Origin: Candidatus Chisholmbacteria bacterium
GTDB taxonomy: Bacteria; Patescibacteriota; Microgenomatia; UBA1400; Chisholmbacteraceae
Direction: 5' to 3'
Assembly (NCBI GenBank): GCA_963704905.1
Contig: CAVPHZ010000001.1
Location: 707,438 to 771,437 of the forward strand
Length of the DNA stretch: 64,000 bases
The notes under the pieces are model-generated. The model did not search any database and was not told the origin of the DNA. It saw only the letters and a list, made by a program, of their open reading frames with translations. Every line of letters begins with the position of its first letter. Position 1 is the first letter of the stretch. Of this stretch, positions 28,711 through 38,719 are shown in pieces. The translations under genes were made by a program, and so were the position numbers.

Positions 28711-30915
28711 TTATTGTCCTCGTTGAGCTGGGACTCCGGGAGGTGTCGCTTCCTGTTGACCGGCTGGAATATTTGGTGCATTGTCCTGCGGCAGTTCAAT
28801 CGGAGGCTGAATAATTGGCGTTGGTAATGGCTGGGGAGATTGCAGCTCTCCGCCACCGGCTTGCCGTTGAGCTTCTAATTGCTGCTGCTGCAACTCAGTC
28901 AGCTGACTCCTGAGATCCTGCAGCTCTGCTTGGGCTCTGAGATAGTCGTCTGAATCAGTGTCAACTAGGCCCAGTGTGGCTTCCATCTCCCTCACAGCAC
29001 CAACGATATTGTTCTGCTGTTTATACGCAGACGCCAGATTGTAGTGCGCATTGGCATGATCGGGCTTCAATGCCACTGCTTGAGCAAATTGAGTTTGAGC
29101 TCTTGGGAAATCTCCAAGGATCAGGAACACACCGCCGAGCTGAATCCGCAAGTTTGGATTGGTTGGATCTAGCTGTATCGCTTGAACATAGGTGGCAATA
29201 GTCCATTGCTCAGCGTTTTGCGCGATCCCAATTAATTGCCTGTAGGTCTGGGCAAGATTTTCCCAGTTACTGACATTGGTGGGATTGAGTGCAGCTGCGT
29301 TTTTGGACTCACGAATTGCCTGCTGAATCAGTTGGGCAATATCGCTGCGATCTTTCTCAGTGAGCTCACCTTCTTTTCCTGCTATCGCATTGGCGAGTGC
29401 CAGGTTTACCTGAGAATAGGTGCGGTGATAGCGCTCAATTCTCGGGTTGAGATTGATGGCGCGGATAAGATCGTTGTAGGCGGTTCCGCCTTGATTGTCC
29501 CGTACTGAGATCAATGCATTTCTAAAAACGACCTCGGCTGCGTACGCCCTGCCTCCAAACCACAACGTGGCTATTACCAGCGCTGCAGAGGGTAGGAAAA
29601 AGACCCAAGGTAGAACTTGTCCACTAACCTGGCTATCAGTCGCGTCTGGAGCGATGGTACGCATCGCTGCCAGCGACAAGACTGCGTCGCTGATTTTGTG
29701 ATGACCTGCGAGTTTGAGATACACCACAAACAGCGCTAGCAGCACAAAGAACAGGAAAAAGAGCACAATGCTTGGCGGAACCAAGAGCATCAAGGCCAGA
29801 ATAACCATGAGCGATACTGAAATCGGTGCCGTCGCTGAACCGCGTTTTTCTGAACTGAGCAGCTGGGCTCCAGCATATTTGATTAATTGGATGACAAGCA
29901 AGACAAACGCTCCAGCTCCTAGTAGACCGGTGGTTGTCAGCAGATGAAGATAGGTGTTTGATGACTGTCCGAAACGGACGGCCCACAAATTTTCATTTGC
30001 ATTCAGACTCGCTGGGCGGAATCGGGTGAAGGCTTCGTTGTAACCCTCTGGTCCGGTACCAAGAAAGGGTGAATCTTTAAATACCTCAAGTGCAACATCC
30101 CACCCGGCTTTTTGGGGAAGGAAGCTTGGTGAGGTATCTTTTCCTGGGAGAAGCTGAATGCCACTGACCACGATGCCGATAAGCAACACCACGGCAATCA
30201 CGAGTGAGGGAACCTGTTTTTTCTTCAGCCCTCTCATGAGTGAAAGCGGGAAAAGCGGGAGAAGGAAGAGTAACAAATTCATTGGTGCTCCCATTGGACT
30301 CCACCAATCGTTCTTCATGAACTCGACTGGGTAGATCACATTTCCAAGACCAGTAAAGCTGATGAGTGCAAACACCACAACCAGCAGCCCTGCAATTTCA
30401 AGTGCAAAGAATATGCGGTTGAGAATTTTTTCACTTTTTACCGTTGAACTCATGGCAAAAAAGATAACCGTAAGGGCAACGATCAAGCTGGTTTGGCCAT
30501 ACATGGCGTCGGTTTTGCTGGGATCGGCTACAAAGGTTGCTATTAATGTAACGATCACAAAGCCTAGAATCGGCAAGGTGAATGGCGAGAGGGTAATCCG
30601 CACTTTTTTACGCAGGACGAATGAAAGCGTCCAGAGAAAGAGCATGACAGCGGCCGCCAACACGATCAAGACAAACTTGTTGAACAGGTAGAATTCTGTG
30701 GTGATTGGTAAAAAGAACAAGGGAACTGCAAATACCAAGGCGGTAGCTACAGACGTAATAATTGATTGGAGAAGTCCGGCTTTTGCCGTCGACTCACCAG
30801 ATTTGCCTCGAAAGTCAAACATATGCCCTCCTGTCCGAGGATCTCCGGGCGGGGAGATCTCCGTGCTGATTGTCTTAATAGCGATATATTGACGATAGAC
30901 AAATGAATCACGCAT
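28711..30915 (-). CDS. O-antigen ligase (Wzy_C)-like polytopic membrane protein fused to C-terminal TPR repeats, coiled coil and Pro-rich tail
   Basis: About 12 TM segments in the N-terminal 450 aa, then TPR-like repeats (AYNDLIRAINLNP..., HANAHYNLASAYKQQNN), a QL-rich coiled coil and a PQPLPTPIIQPPIELP tail. The true start may be the internal MFDFRG. Confidence 0.65.
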   Translation of the reverse strand: MRDSFVYRQYIAIKTISTEISPPGDPRTGGHMFDFRGKSGESTAKAGLLQSIITSVATALVFAVPLFFLPITTEFYLFNKFVLIVLAAAVMLFLWTLSFVLRKKVRITLSPFTLPILGFVIVTLIATFVADPSKTDAMYGQTSLIVALTVIFFAMSSTVKSEKILNRIFFALEIAGLLVVVFALISFTGLGNVIYPVEFMKNDWWSPMGAPMNLLLFLLPLFPLSLMRGLKKKQVPSLVIAVVLLIGIVVSGIQLLPGKDTSPSFLPQKAGWDVALEVFKDSPFLGTGPEGYNEAFTRFRPASLNANENLWAVRFGQSSNTYLHLLTTTGLLGAGAFVLLVIQLIKYAGAQLLSSEKRGSATAPISVSLMVILALMLLVPPSIVLFFLFFVLLALFVVYLKLAGHHKISDAVLSLAAMRTIAPDATDSQVSGQVLPWVFFLPSAALVIATLWFGGRAYAAEVVFRNALISVRDNQGGTAYNDLIRAINLNPRIERYHRTYSQVNLALANAIAGKEGELTEKDRSDIAQLIQQAIRESKNAAALNPTNVSNWENLAQTYRQLIGIAQNAEQWTIATYVQAIQLDPTNPNLRIQLGGVFLILGDFPRAQTQFAQAVALKPDHANAHYNLASAYKQQNNIVGAVREMEATLGLVDTDSDDYLRAQAELQDLRSQLTELQQQQLEAQRQAGGGELQSPQPLPTPIIQPPIELPQDNAPNIPAGQQEATPPGVPAQRGQ

Positions 30916-31042
30916 GTCAAGGGTGCATTTATATTTCTCTGGTACACGGGAATAAAACGAAGGAGATACGAAGGAAGTATGCTTATACTATATATAGTGT
31001 ATCTTTCTATAGATAAGTGATATGGAGGAATGTGAGAGGTGA

Positions 31043-31068
31043 GATGACAGGGTCCGGTCTTTTCAGTC
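31043..31068. repeat. REP-like palindrome, family A (core TGACAGGGTCCGGTC)
   Basis: gatgacagggtccggtcttttcagtc at the 3' end of the transposase gene. Confidence 0.5.
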
Positions 31069-31746
31069 TATAGCGAGGTCACCGACGAATTCTTTATCGT
31101 CTTGATGGGATGACTCAACGAAAGCTTTATACGAACTTACTCGTTCAAGGGAAGGGTGTTTATCGGATTTCTTGAAGTAAGAGAGGATAAATCTTGGTTT
31201 AACCCAGGTGGCTGTTTTTTCCCCTAGATAATACTGATAACTTGAGTAAGGATAAGTGACAAGGTCCGGTCCTGTCAGCTTGACAGGATTCAGGTGAATG
31301 TAACGGGAGAGGTGGAGGAGGTAGTTGTCTTCTGTTACCAGAGCGGCTTTGTATCTTCCTTGAAAGAGATAGCCAACGCGTTTATATCTTTTGTTGAAAT
31401 ACATTGAGTAAGTTGAGGCAAGGCTGCGGATTAGCTTAGGCATGCCGTTTTTTGTGATTTGTTTGATGAGTAGATGGAAGTGATTAGGCATGAGGCAATA
31501 TGCAAGGAGATCGACTTCTTTGTGAAGGTTCGCTAAAGGCCTTGGTCGGATGAGCGTTTGGTCTGTGGATTCTTCGATGGGGTGTTTGGCGTTTTGACTT
31601 GTTGGAGAAAGATAATATTTCAGGAGGTGGAGAAAGACTCGATAATCTTGGTCATCTTCGAAGATTTTGCGCTTTTCAACGCCACGGTTGTACACGTGAT
31701 AGTGTCCATCTTCAATGTAGACTTTGCGGCTGTGTTTGTGTGGCAT
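31063..31746 (-). CDS. IS200/IS605-like HUH tyrosine (Y1) transposase, RAYT-like
   Basis: Begins MPHKHSRKVYIEDGHYHVYNRGVEKRKIFEDDQDYRVF; contains the HUH motif MPNHFHLLI and catalytic-Tyr region GYLFQGRYKAALV...SRYIHLNP. The track ORF extends to 31938 only by reading through upstream palindromes. Confidence 0.75.
   Translation of the reverse strand: MPHKHSRKVYIEDGHYHVYNRGVEKRKIFEDDQDYRVFLHLLKYYLSPTSQNAKHPIEESTDQTLIRPRPLANLHKEVDLLAYCLMPNHFHLLIKQITKNGMPKLIRSLASTYSMYFNKRYKRVGYLFQGRYKAALVTEDNYLLHLSRYIHLNPVKLTGPDLVTYPYSSYQYYLGEKTATWVKPRFILSYFKKSDKHPSLERVSSYKAFVESSHQDDKEFVGDLAID
31256..31278. repeat. REP-like palindrome, family A, inside transposase CDS (in frame, encodes VKLTGPDLVTYP)
   Basis: gtgacaaggtccggtcctgtcag with arms TGACAAGG/CCTGTCA. 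Confidence 0.55.
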
Positions 31747-31752
31747 GATAGA

Positions 31753-31775
31753 GTGACAGGGTTCGGTCCTGTCAC
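31753..31775. repeat. REP-like palindrome, family A (perfect 8-bp arms)
   Basis: gtgacagg-gttcggt-cctgtcac, immediately 5' of the transposase start. Confidence 0.6.
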
Positions 31776-31803
31776 CTGTCAATCGTAACAGGTGGTAGTG
31801 TTG

Positions 31804-31826
31804 CTGACAAGACCCGGTCCTGTCAG
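31804..31826. repeat. REP-like palindrome, family A
   Basis: ctgacaag-acccggt-cctgtcag. Confidence 0.55.
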
Positions 31827-32000
31827 CGCGAGCGGAGCGAGTGCGGGATTGTGCAGGAAGATGAGAATTCTGGAGAAAAGAGGCGGCGAAGCCGCCTCGA
31901 ACATTTGAGTTAGTTTCCGAAGATAATGGTGCTGGCATTCAATTAGGTAAGGGTTGCTAAGGGAAGTTAAATTAAGGGCAGATAGGGGTTGGTAAGGGTA

Positions 32001-32026
32001 CCTTTAAGGGTTCAACCTTTAAAGGG
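32001..32026. repeat. palindromic repeat, family B (inverted orientation)
   Basis: cctttaagggttcaacctttaaaggg, 4 nt downstream of the stop of 32030..33799. Confidence 0.55.
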
Positions 32027-32029
32027 AGG

Positions 32030-33799
32030 TTAGTTGCCGAAGCGGACGGCACCGGCGTTGTACTCGTTACGGATTTGTTGGGGTGTCAGCGTATAGCGCC
32101 AGATTTTGACGTCGTCGATGAGGCCGTCAAAGGGTTCACCTCCATCGGATTCTGAGCCAATGTGAACATCCAAGGCGTTGGGGACATTTGCTGGAGTCAT
32201 ATAACAACCGCCGGGTGAATCATTTTCAAGTGATCCGTCTACATATATTGCTGCAGTGGAGGGGTTTCCCGAGTTGATATACGTGGCTGCAATATGATGC
32301 CAACCAGGCGAATCAATGAGGCTTGTGCCAAAGATCGTGCAAGCATTACTGCCATCTGTTACATAGAATCGAGCATTATCTCCTGAGCCAGATATTGTTA
32401 AGACGTAACCAGCGTCAGTGTTTGTTGCATAGTTGTTGTCTTTTGCAAGAATCACGTCATTGGTGCTTGCAGAATTTCGATAAACCCAGGCTGAGACGCT
32501 GAACTCGTCGTGAATATCGAGGAGATCGTCTTCGCCAATATTTACATAATCATCGTTTCCATCAAAGCCGAGGGAGGCGTTTCGTTTTCCTGTCGTACCG
32601 TCGTTCCACATTTCGTAGTTGTTGCCACTTGAGCATGAGCCGGTTGCGGTGTTTTGGGGTGGAGTACCGGTACCGGGGGTGATGGTTCCGGTGTTGCTGT
32701 TGCCGCTTGAATCATAGGCGTTGGTGCCGGAGCACTCATCAAATTTCCACCAGCCAACCGGTCCGCCGCGGTTGTATTCCCAGGCGATTTGAGCTTGGGT
32801 GCGGGCGGTGTTATAAACCCTAACTTGGTCGATCAATCCATTGAACTCTCCCGCGGGTGTTGAGTCGCCTGTACGTCCGATATTCCAGGTGTCTACACCT
32901 GCAGCATACGTTACGTTATTTGTATCAGCATTTTCTTGAACCCCGTCAACAAACAGCTTCCTATCAGTAGCAGAAGCAAAGACACCGGTTATGTAGTGCC
33001 ACGATCCATCGTTAATTGTTGTCGTACTTGCAACTGATTGTGATGTAGTGTTTTGGGCAATAATTGTAATGTTCCCAGTCAGATTTGTCTCAAGACTATA
33101 AATCACGTTTGACTGGGAGACGTCGGTCAAGGAAATGACTGTGTCCCGAACAGTTGTCGTTGTGTTTATCCAGGCAGAGAGGGTAAAGGGGTAGGCGCTG
33201 ACGAGCTGATCACTGGCTCCGATGTAATCACTACTCCCACCAAACTGTAGACAAGCTCCAAATTTACACGCACCAGCATGTCTCCAGGTAGGTGATCCAC
33301 CAAAGGTGCCTGTGTATCCGTTCCCTGATGTGTCGTATGCATTGGTTCCGGTTTTTTCGTCCAATTTCCACTCGGCAACAGGCGGAGTGCAGGCGGAACC
33401 TTGACCTGGGGGGCAGTATTCGTTTGTTGATGACCAGGATGCGTTGCCTGAGGAATCGGTGCTAGTGGCGCCGAAGACTTGCGAGAAGCCTTGGTTGTAC
33501 TCGGTCTTTATCTGATCGGCCGTGAGGGCGAAGTTGTAGATTTTGACTTCATCGATTTGGCCATCGAAATAATGATTTGGATTATCTGATTGCCAGGCAC
33601 TGCCGGAACCAATTTTGAGGCTGTTTGAAGTCGTAGGTATGCTGCCATCAAAGCTCGTAGAGCCTTTATTATTGCCGTCAATATATAGAGTAATGGTTGA
33701 GCTATCAACACTGGCGACCACATGATGCCAGGCACCCGACCAGTCATTAGTGTCTTTGACGGATGGACTAGCTTGTTCCATCGTAAAGAGAAATCCCAA
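32030..33799 (-). CDS. LamG/concanavalin A-like lectin repeat protein (C-terminal fragment of giant gene A)
   Basis: 589 aa with recurrent LamG_3-type motifs (FDGQIDEVKIYNFALTADQI, GLIDQVRVYNTARTQAQIAWEYNRGGPVGWWKFDE, GLIDDVKIWRYTLTPQQIRNEYNAG). Its start overlaps the upstream ORF, i.e. a frameshift. Confidence 0.6.
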   Translation of the reverse strand: MGFLFTMEQASPSVKDTNDWSGAWHHVVASVDSSTITLYIDGNNKGSTSFDGSIPTTSNSLKIGSGSAWQSDNPNHYFDGQIDEVKIYNFALTADQIKTEYNQGFSQVFGATSTDSSGNASWSSTNEYCPPGQGSACTPPVAEWKLDEKTGTNAYDTSGNGYTGTFGGSPTWRHAGACKFGACLQFGGSSDYIGASDQLVSAYPFTLSAWINTTTTVRDTVISLTDVSQSNVIYSLETNLTGNITIIAQNTTSQSVASTTTINDGSWHYITGVFASATDRKLFVDGVQENADTNNVTYAAGVDTWNIGRTGDSTPAGEFNGLIDQVRVYNTARTQAQIAWEYNRGGPVGWWKFDECSGTNAYDSSGNSNTGTITPGTGTPPQNTATGSCSSGNNYEMWNDGTTGKRNASLGFDGNDDYVNIGEDDLLDIHDEFSVSAWVYRNSASTNDVILAKDNNYATNTDAGYVLTISGSGDNARFYVTDGSNACTIFGTSLIDSPGWHHIAATYINSGNPSTAAIYVDGSLENDSPGGCYMTPANVPNALDVHIGSESDGGEPFDGLIDDVKIWRYTLTPQQIRNEYNAGAVRFGN

Positions 33800-35204
33800 T
33801 TTCTCCCGGGTTTACGTCATTATGAAAGAAAATGTAATTCCTTCGATCCGCTGCTCCAGAGTCAGGCCTCATTTTTGTCAGTGATTCTGAATATGTGGTT
33901 GTATCTTCAATATTAATCCAGTAAGAAACACTAAAATTATTTGAAAAATTCAATGACGGGTCGTCGGCTACTCTAACATAGTCATCGGTTGTGCCAGAGG
34001 TTTCAAAGTCTAAAGCTTTCCCGAATTTACCTGAATTGGTCCAGGTTGGGCAAGCGGAGTCGCCGGATTGGGGGCAGGAGGTTGCTCCGCCAAGGTTGCC
34101 ATTGTTTCCCTGTGGACTAGAATCATTGGCCGCGTCGCCGTATCCTTCGTCGAATTTGAGGTTCAGTATTGGGGAGCCGACGGGGGAGCCGGGGGCGGGA
34201 TGCCCGGCGTTCATGTCGGAAATTATTTGTTCCTGAGTGCGGGCGTAGTTGTAGATGCGGGCTTCGTCAATTCTTCCATTAGTGTATTCTAATGCTCCGG
34301 TTGAACCTCTTCTGCCGACTTCAAAATCTGCACTTGAATCATAAACTCCTCCTGAGTGGTTAGTTGTATCAGCGGACCCTCCGTTTATACTAATTCCAAT
34401 GTCGGTGTTATCTTCGTCATACCAAGCAGCCACGAAATACCAATTGTTAGCGGACGGGGATCCCAGAGTATCAGCATCAAGTGTGGTAAGACCACCTGCA
34501 CCACCATCACTGCTAACGAGAAATCTGAACCTATCTGTACTAGTACCTGTGTAGCTTAGGTTTGCAGACCAATTTCCCGTATCGCCCATCTGAGACATAA
34601 ATGCTTGAGCGTCGGACGCTTTTGCGTCCATATACACCCAAGCGGTATACGTAAAGCTTCCACCTGAGTGAGTATTGTCAAGTTGAGTACTAGAGGAGGA
34701 CAGGTATTCTGAATTTGCTGAAGTGAATTGTCCTGCACTTCCAAATTTTCCAATTGCTTGAGTAACAGTAGCATTGTCAGTAAGGTTGTTTTCGTTTCCT
34801 GATGAGTCATACCTTGCTCCAGATGATTCCTCCATTTTGTAGTACGCCACTGGCGCCGGCGCCGAGGTGTAGAGGGATTGGATTTCGGCGGGGGAAAGGG
34901 CGCGGTTGTAGATGCGGGCTTCGTCGACAGCTCCATTAAAGTAGTTACCGGACACTCCTCCCACGGCGAAAGCGCCGCTGCCGTCATTTCCACCACTTGC
35001 CGCCGTTGTGTCGATGGCAGATCCGTTGCACGTCCGGATGCCAATGGCGGCTTTTGATGCGTCGTGGTAGGCGACGACGAAGTACCAAGTGGAGGTTGAG
35101 AGATTACCGAAGCTGTCGGCATAGACGTTGGAAGAACTACCGGCGGCGTCGGTGTACCATTCGAACTGAAATCGGTAGTTTCCACCACCGATGTTGTTGG
35201 CCAC
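33768..35204 (-). CDS. LamG-repeat protein fragment (gene A)
   Basis: 478 aa with NGAVDEARIYNRALSPAEIQSLY, GRIDEARIYNYARTQEQIISDMNAGHPAPGSP. Continues in another frame upstream (35204..35677 of the track ORF 34556..35677). Confidence 0.55.
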   Translation of the reverse strand: MANNIGGGNYRFQFEWYTDAAGSSSNVYADSFGNLSTSTWYFVVAYHDASKAAIGIRTCNGSAIDTTAASGGNDGSGAFAVGGVSGNYFNGAVDEARIYNRALSPAEIQSLYTSAPAPVAYYKMEESSGARYDSSGNENNLTDNATVTQAIGKFGSAGQFTSANSEYLSSSSTQLDNTHSGGSFTYTAWVYMDAKASDAQAFMSQMGDTGNWSANLSYTGTSTDRFRFLVSSDGGAGGLTTLDADTLGSPSANNWYFVAAWYDEDNTDIGISINGGSADTTNHSGGVYDSSADFEVGRRGSTGALEYTNGRIDEARIYNYARTQEQIISDMNAGHPAPGSPVGSPILNLKFDEGYGDAANDSSPQGNNGNLGGATSCPQSGDSACPTWTNSGKFGKALDFETSGTTDDYVRVADDPSLNFSNNFSVSYWINIEDTTTYSESLTKMRPDSGAADRRNYIFFHNDVNPGEIGISLYDGTS

Positions 35205-35486
35205 TGAGGTAGTTTGCGTAGTCGGCCGTTCCGGCTTCCATTTGTACTCATCGGAAAACCCGAATTCAGAGTTGCGAGATTTACCCAGGCTGTAACTGTA
35301 TAGTCTCTATCTCCTGCGCTGAGGGTAGCGTTATCCGTTCTTGTAAGTCTTTCGGAGTTGGCGGAGGCGAAGTTGGATGCATTTCCAAACTTTCCTGAGC
35401 CCGAAGGCGTGGTGTTGTTGTCGGTTAGCGTAAAGGCGTTTCCTGATGAATCTGCTCTTGATACAGCTCCTGAGCCGTCTGATGTT

Positions 35487-36041
35487 TCATCCATTTTCCA
35501 ATATCCAGCCAGTCCTTCGGAGAGGGGATCGGCGGTGAGGGTGGCCGTAGGATTGGGAGGTTTGGGAACCCAAGACATCGCCTCTGACCTGGTCTGCGGT
35601 TCTGGCATAGGGATAGATGACGATTTCGTCGAGGTTGCCATCCCAAGGGTTGGAACTCCCATCTGTATCAATACCAATAAAGAGATCGGTGTTGTCGTTT
35701 AAGGAATTATCTGCACCTGTTGAAGAGTTCTGGGTGATTAGCGCTCCATCGATGTAAATGCTAATTGAGGTTGTGCCGTCTTTGACGGCTTCGAAGTGGT
35801 GCCATTGACTGTCGGCATAGCTTCCCTGGGCGGCAGTTGTGCAGGCCGTATCCTCAGGGAAGGAGGTTGCGTCGTCGTCAATCCCAAGGCAGATATAACC
35901 GGAGCTATCCATGTAGATTTTGTAGCCCGCATCGTCATACCTCGCCAGGATGGTATTTGTTCCATCGATAGTGGAGGAGTGGCGGAACCAACCGCTAATG
36001 CTAAAGCTACCGCGTTCCAAAATTAAAGTCCGTGTCTGCAT
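35487..36041 (-). CDS. LamG-repeat protein fragment (gene A)
   Basis: 184 aa with ...WHHFEAVKDGTTSISIYIDGAL...GNLDEIVIYPYARTADQV; overlaps its neighbours in other frames. Confidence 0.5.
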   Translation of the reverse strand: MQTRTLILERGSFSISGWFRHSSTIDGTNTILARYDDAGYKIYMDSSGYICLGIDDDATSFPEDTACTTAAQGSYADSQWHHFEAVKDGTTSISIYIDGALITQNSSTGADNSLNDNTDLFIGIDTDGSSNPWDGNLDEIVIYPYARTADQVRGDVLGSQTSQSYGHPHRRSPLRRTGWILENG

Positions 36042-37110
36042 TCCGAGTCAAATAGTCATCTGTTCCATCAAAGGAGAGGTTTCTCTCCAATTGTGCTTGT
36101 CCGCCTATGCCGGTGGTGTTCCAGGTGGCGCCAGAAATTGTCAGGTGATTGCCGTATGGTGATGAATCGGAAGCGGTGGTGCCATAGCCTTCGTCAAAGT
36201 GCCAGACGGCAACCGGGTTTTGGCCTTTGTCGTCTGAGAAGGCATCCACTTCTATGCCTTCGGAGTGGGAAACGAGGCCGGATTGGTAGAGATCAGTGAC
36301 CTCGGCTGCACTTAGGTCGTCCTCGAAAATTCGGATATCCGAGTACTGCCAGATCGTCCCCCCGCTCGAGCTGGGGAGAAGGATTGTTGATGTGTTTCCG
36401 GGGTCGGTGGTATTCGCGTTTGTTCCTGGGGTTCCGGCATTCAGATATAAACTTATTCCTGTGGTTGAGTTCCACGTTGCTGCAAGATGGTACCAAGTGT
36501 TGGCGGCGATGTTCACTTGTTTATAGGCAATGTTATTTGAATAGCCAACCACTTTATTAAGGCGGAATTCTGCTGTTGGATAGGCGTTATATTCGAGCCT
36601 GAATCCGTCCCCGCTTGTTTCGTAGTTAAGAATGCCTTGTATTGTTGACGCGATCTGGCTTTGTGAGAGGTTTGATTTTACCCATAGACTCATACTTCCT
36701 TCGTCAGTTGTGAAGTTGCTCGTGCCCCCTGCATACTGAACGTTAGCTGCGGTGCGAGTACTTGTACTTTCGTGTGCTGTCCCGCTCCAGGAGTAGCCAG
36801 TGCCCAGGGTCCCGTCAGCATAGGTGGTGGGGTAGGATTTTTGCTCGAGCTGGATACCGTCGATGTAGAGGGTGCCTGAGTCTTCGACAAGAGTAACGCC
36901 ATAATTTTGAGCGCTTGCTGTTCCTGCGGCGGTGTAGCTTAGGCGCCACCAACCACCTCCCACGTCCGTGTAGGTTGTTCCTGCTTGCGCTGAACCTTGC
37001 CAATAAAGCTGGGCGATTGTGTTGTTAACCGTTCCTCCCTTGATTCTCCGAACATAAGCAGAGAGGGTATGAGTATTGGTGTTGCCTGCATCTGATTGAG
37101 GTGTAGACAT
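36007..37110 (-). CDS. LamG/jelly-roll repeat protein fragment (gene A)
   Basis: 367 aa, S/T/G/N/Y-rich beta-strand composition. Overlaps 35487..36041 and 37025..37720. Confidence 0.5.
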   Translation of the reverse strand: MSTPQSDAGNTNTHTLSAYVRRIKGGTVNNTIAQLYWQGSAQAGTTYTDVGGGWWRLSYTAAGTASAQNYGVTLVEDSGTLYIDGIQLEQKSYPTTYADGTLGTGYSWSGTAHESTSTRTAANVQYAGGTSNFTTDEGSMSLWVKSNLSQSQIASTIQGILNYETSGDGFRLEYNAYPTAEFRLNKVVGYSNNIAYKQVNIAANTWYHLAATWNSTTGISLYLNAGTPGTNANTTDPGNTSTILLPSSSGGTIWQYSDIRIFEDDLSAAEVTDLYQSGLVSHSEGIEVDAFSDDKGQNPVAVWHFDEGYGTTASDSSPYGNHLTISGATWNTTGIGGQAQLERNLSFDGTDDYLTRNADTDFNFGTR

Positions 37111-37720
37111 TTTGATTGGTTGAATCTGATAGGACGAGTTTGTAAGAGGAACCGCCGAATTTCATATATGGGTTATTTGTCTCTTCGGAGGCTGAACCAC
37201 CAGATGCGGTCCAGCCGGTGCTGTAGGTCGCATGTTCAAAGGAGGGATTAGTGACCTTGTTGGTGGTGCTTTCCTCAATGAAGACACCTTCATGGCCGGC
37301 GTAGGTATTCCCACCCTCAACCTTTCCATTGCCGGTTGTGCTTGTATCAGCACCTACTAATCCGGCGACGTACCTCGGGGTTCCATTGATTGTTCCATGA
37401 TACCCGTTTCCTGAGTCGTCGATGGTTTTGCCGGTGTTTCTGGGGTCGTCGCCGTTTTCGTCGAAGTGGTAGAGAAGTAGGGTGTAATCATCGCGGACAA
37501 ACGGTTCTATTGAGGGTGTGAAGCTAGATGAGTAGCGTTTAGTGTTGGAGATTCTAACCTCGTCTATCATGCCTGGGAATTGTTGAAGGATCTCACTATC
37601 TCTCCCAATCCAGAACGTATTGGCGGAGTCACTCTTGGTAGCCTCCTGTACATGCGTTAGTAGTGCTATATGCGGGTTCGGAGCCATTAATAAATATCTG
37701 CGGTGTGCCGGAACTTGCAT
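37025..37720 (-). CDS. LamG-repeat protein fragment (gene A)
   Basis: 231 aa with ...GMIDEVRISNTKRYSSSFT... LamG-type motif. Confidence 0.5.
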   Translation of the reverse strand: MQVPAHRRYLLMAPNPHIALLTHVQEATKSDSANTFWIGRDSEILQQFPGMIDEVRISNTKRYSSSFTPSIEPFVRDDYTLLLYHFDENGDDPRNTGKTIDDSGNGYHGTINGTPRYVAGLVGADTSTTGNGKVEGGNTYAGHEGVFIEESTTNKVTNPSFEHATYSTGWTASGGSASEETNNPYMKFGGSSYKLVLSDSTNQNVYTSIRCRQHQYSYPLCLCSENQGRNG

Positions 37721-38699
37721 CCCAAGACACCGCTATGTGTGTCCATTCGTCGTAGTTTACCGCACTACTTATTCCATAGTTCCCGTCCTGAGTGGTGCAA
37801 TCGGTCAAAAAGTTTAGGTGTCCATTAGTTTCTCCTAATTCAACTCTCCAGCCGTTAGGGGTACCGCGTTTTGAGATCGGTGTGTCTACAACGTTTTGAC
37901 TATCGTCATGCCAATACATCCAGAATTCCAGCGTAAAGTCGTTGTTGGGAAGATTATCTAATCCACTGTCGGTATTTGTAACCGATTGGTACGTGCCTGT
38001 TGCGTCGAGCCCTGCGAACTCCATGGCGGATTTGGCACCGCCATAGCGGATGGCGCCGGATTCTGCGGTGGGGTCTTCAGCGCCGTCGCCGTTGATGCAC
38101 TCAGTGGTGCCGTCGAAGGGGCAAACGAGGAGGGCGTTGGTGCTTCCCACGTCGAAAGTGTCTACGGTGCCAGTTGGTGCAGAGGCTTGAGGATTACTGT
38201 AATACAGATAGTAGTCGGTATCTGATGAGCCTGCGTTGAGGGCGGCTTGCAGAGGGAAGTGGACTTTGGCAGCACCTGATGCTCCACAAGTTGCGTTTCC
38301 TGGAACGGAGATGTAGCGGTCAAGATCGGTGACTGAACCTCCATTTTGATAGAGGATTCTGATGTCATCACAGTCATCTTGGAGTTTTCCCTGGGTTGTC
38401 AGGTCTTTGGCGTTGACTGAGATTGCGACAGTTGTCCCGCTAGCGAGGTTTTCTGCGCTGTTATTGGTAATGGTCAGCTGTTTTCTTTTGGTCCAACCTT
38501 GATGAGCAGCGCTCCAGGAGGCTTCTGCAATATCAGACTGATATAAACTATATATTAGTATTGGTAAAAGTACCAAAATTAGTCCAGCTGAGATGGGGAG
38601 TAGGCGACGGCGGTTGTTTCGCACTTTCAGTATGAGACCTTTAAAGGTTGAACCCTGCAAGGGGGCATAGTTTAGTAGTTTTCGGTTCATAGATACCAT
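37629..38699 (-). CDS. N-terminal part of giant gene A: signal-anchor TM + DUF2341-like module
   Basis: RRRLLPISAGLILVLLPILIYSLYQS...ASWSAAHQGWTKRKQLTITNN...DCDDIRILYQNGG...YYLYYSNP, paralogous to the N-termini at 43546 and 49630. The track start reads through a family-B repeat, so the real start is probably downstream. Confidence 0.6.
   Translation of the reverse strand: MVSMNRKLLNYAPLQGSTFKGLILKVRNNRRRLLPISAGLILVLLPILIYSLYQSDIAEASWSAAHQGWTKRKQLTITNNSAENLASGTTVAISVNAKDLTTQGKLQDDCDDIRILYQNGGSVTDLDRYISVPGNATCGASGAAKVHFPLQAALNAGSSDTDYYLYYSNPQASAPTGTVDTFDVGSTNALLVCPFDGTTECINGDGAEDPTAESGAIRYGGAKSAMEFAGLDATGTYQSVTNTDSGLDNLPNNDFTLEFWMYWHDDSQNVVDTPISKRGTPNGWRVELGETNGHLNFLTDCTTQDGNYGISSAVNYDEWTHIAVSWDASSGTPQIFINGSEPAYSTTNACTGGYQE
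38638..38664. repeat. palindromic repeat, family B
   Basis: cctttaaaggttgaaccctgcaaggg at the 5' end of gene A. Confidence 0.55.
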
Positions 38700-38719
38700 A
38701 GATTAGTTTCCAGTTTCCA

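Noticed and set aside
31747-31938. 64-aa N-terminal extension of the transposase in track ORF 31063..31938
   Set aside because: It is encoded by two REP-like palindromes (DRTGSCQQ, LTGDRTEPCHS are hairpin translations). The paralog at 43585..44265 and the conserved MP.K start place the real start at 31746.
34556-35204. Low-complexity P/T/S-rich portion of track ORF 34556..35677 overlapping 33768..35204
   Set aside because: Only the upstream part (35204..35677) carries LamG-type motifs. The overlapped part is an alternative-frame read-through of GC-rich coding DNA, so the authentic frame there is 33768..35204.
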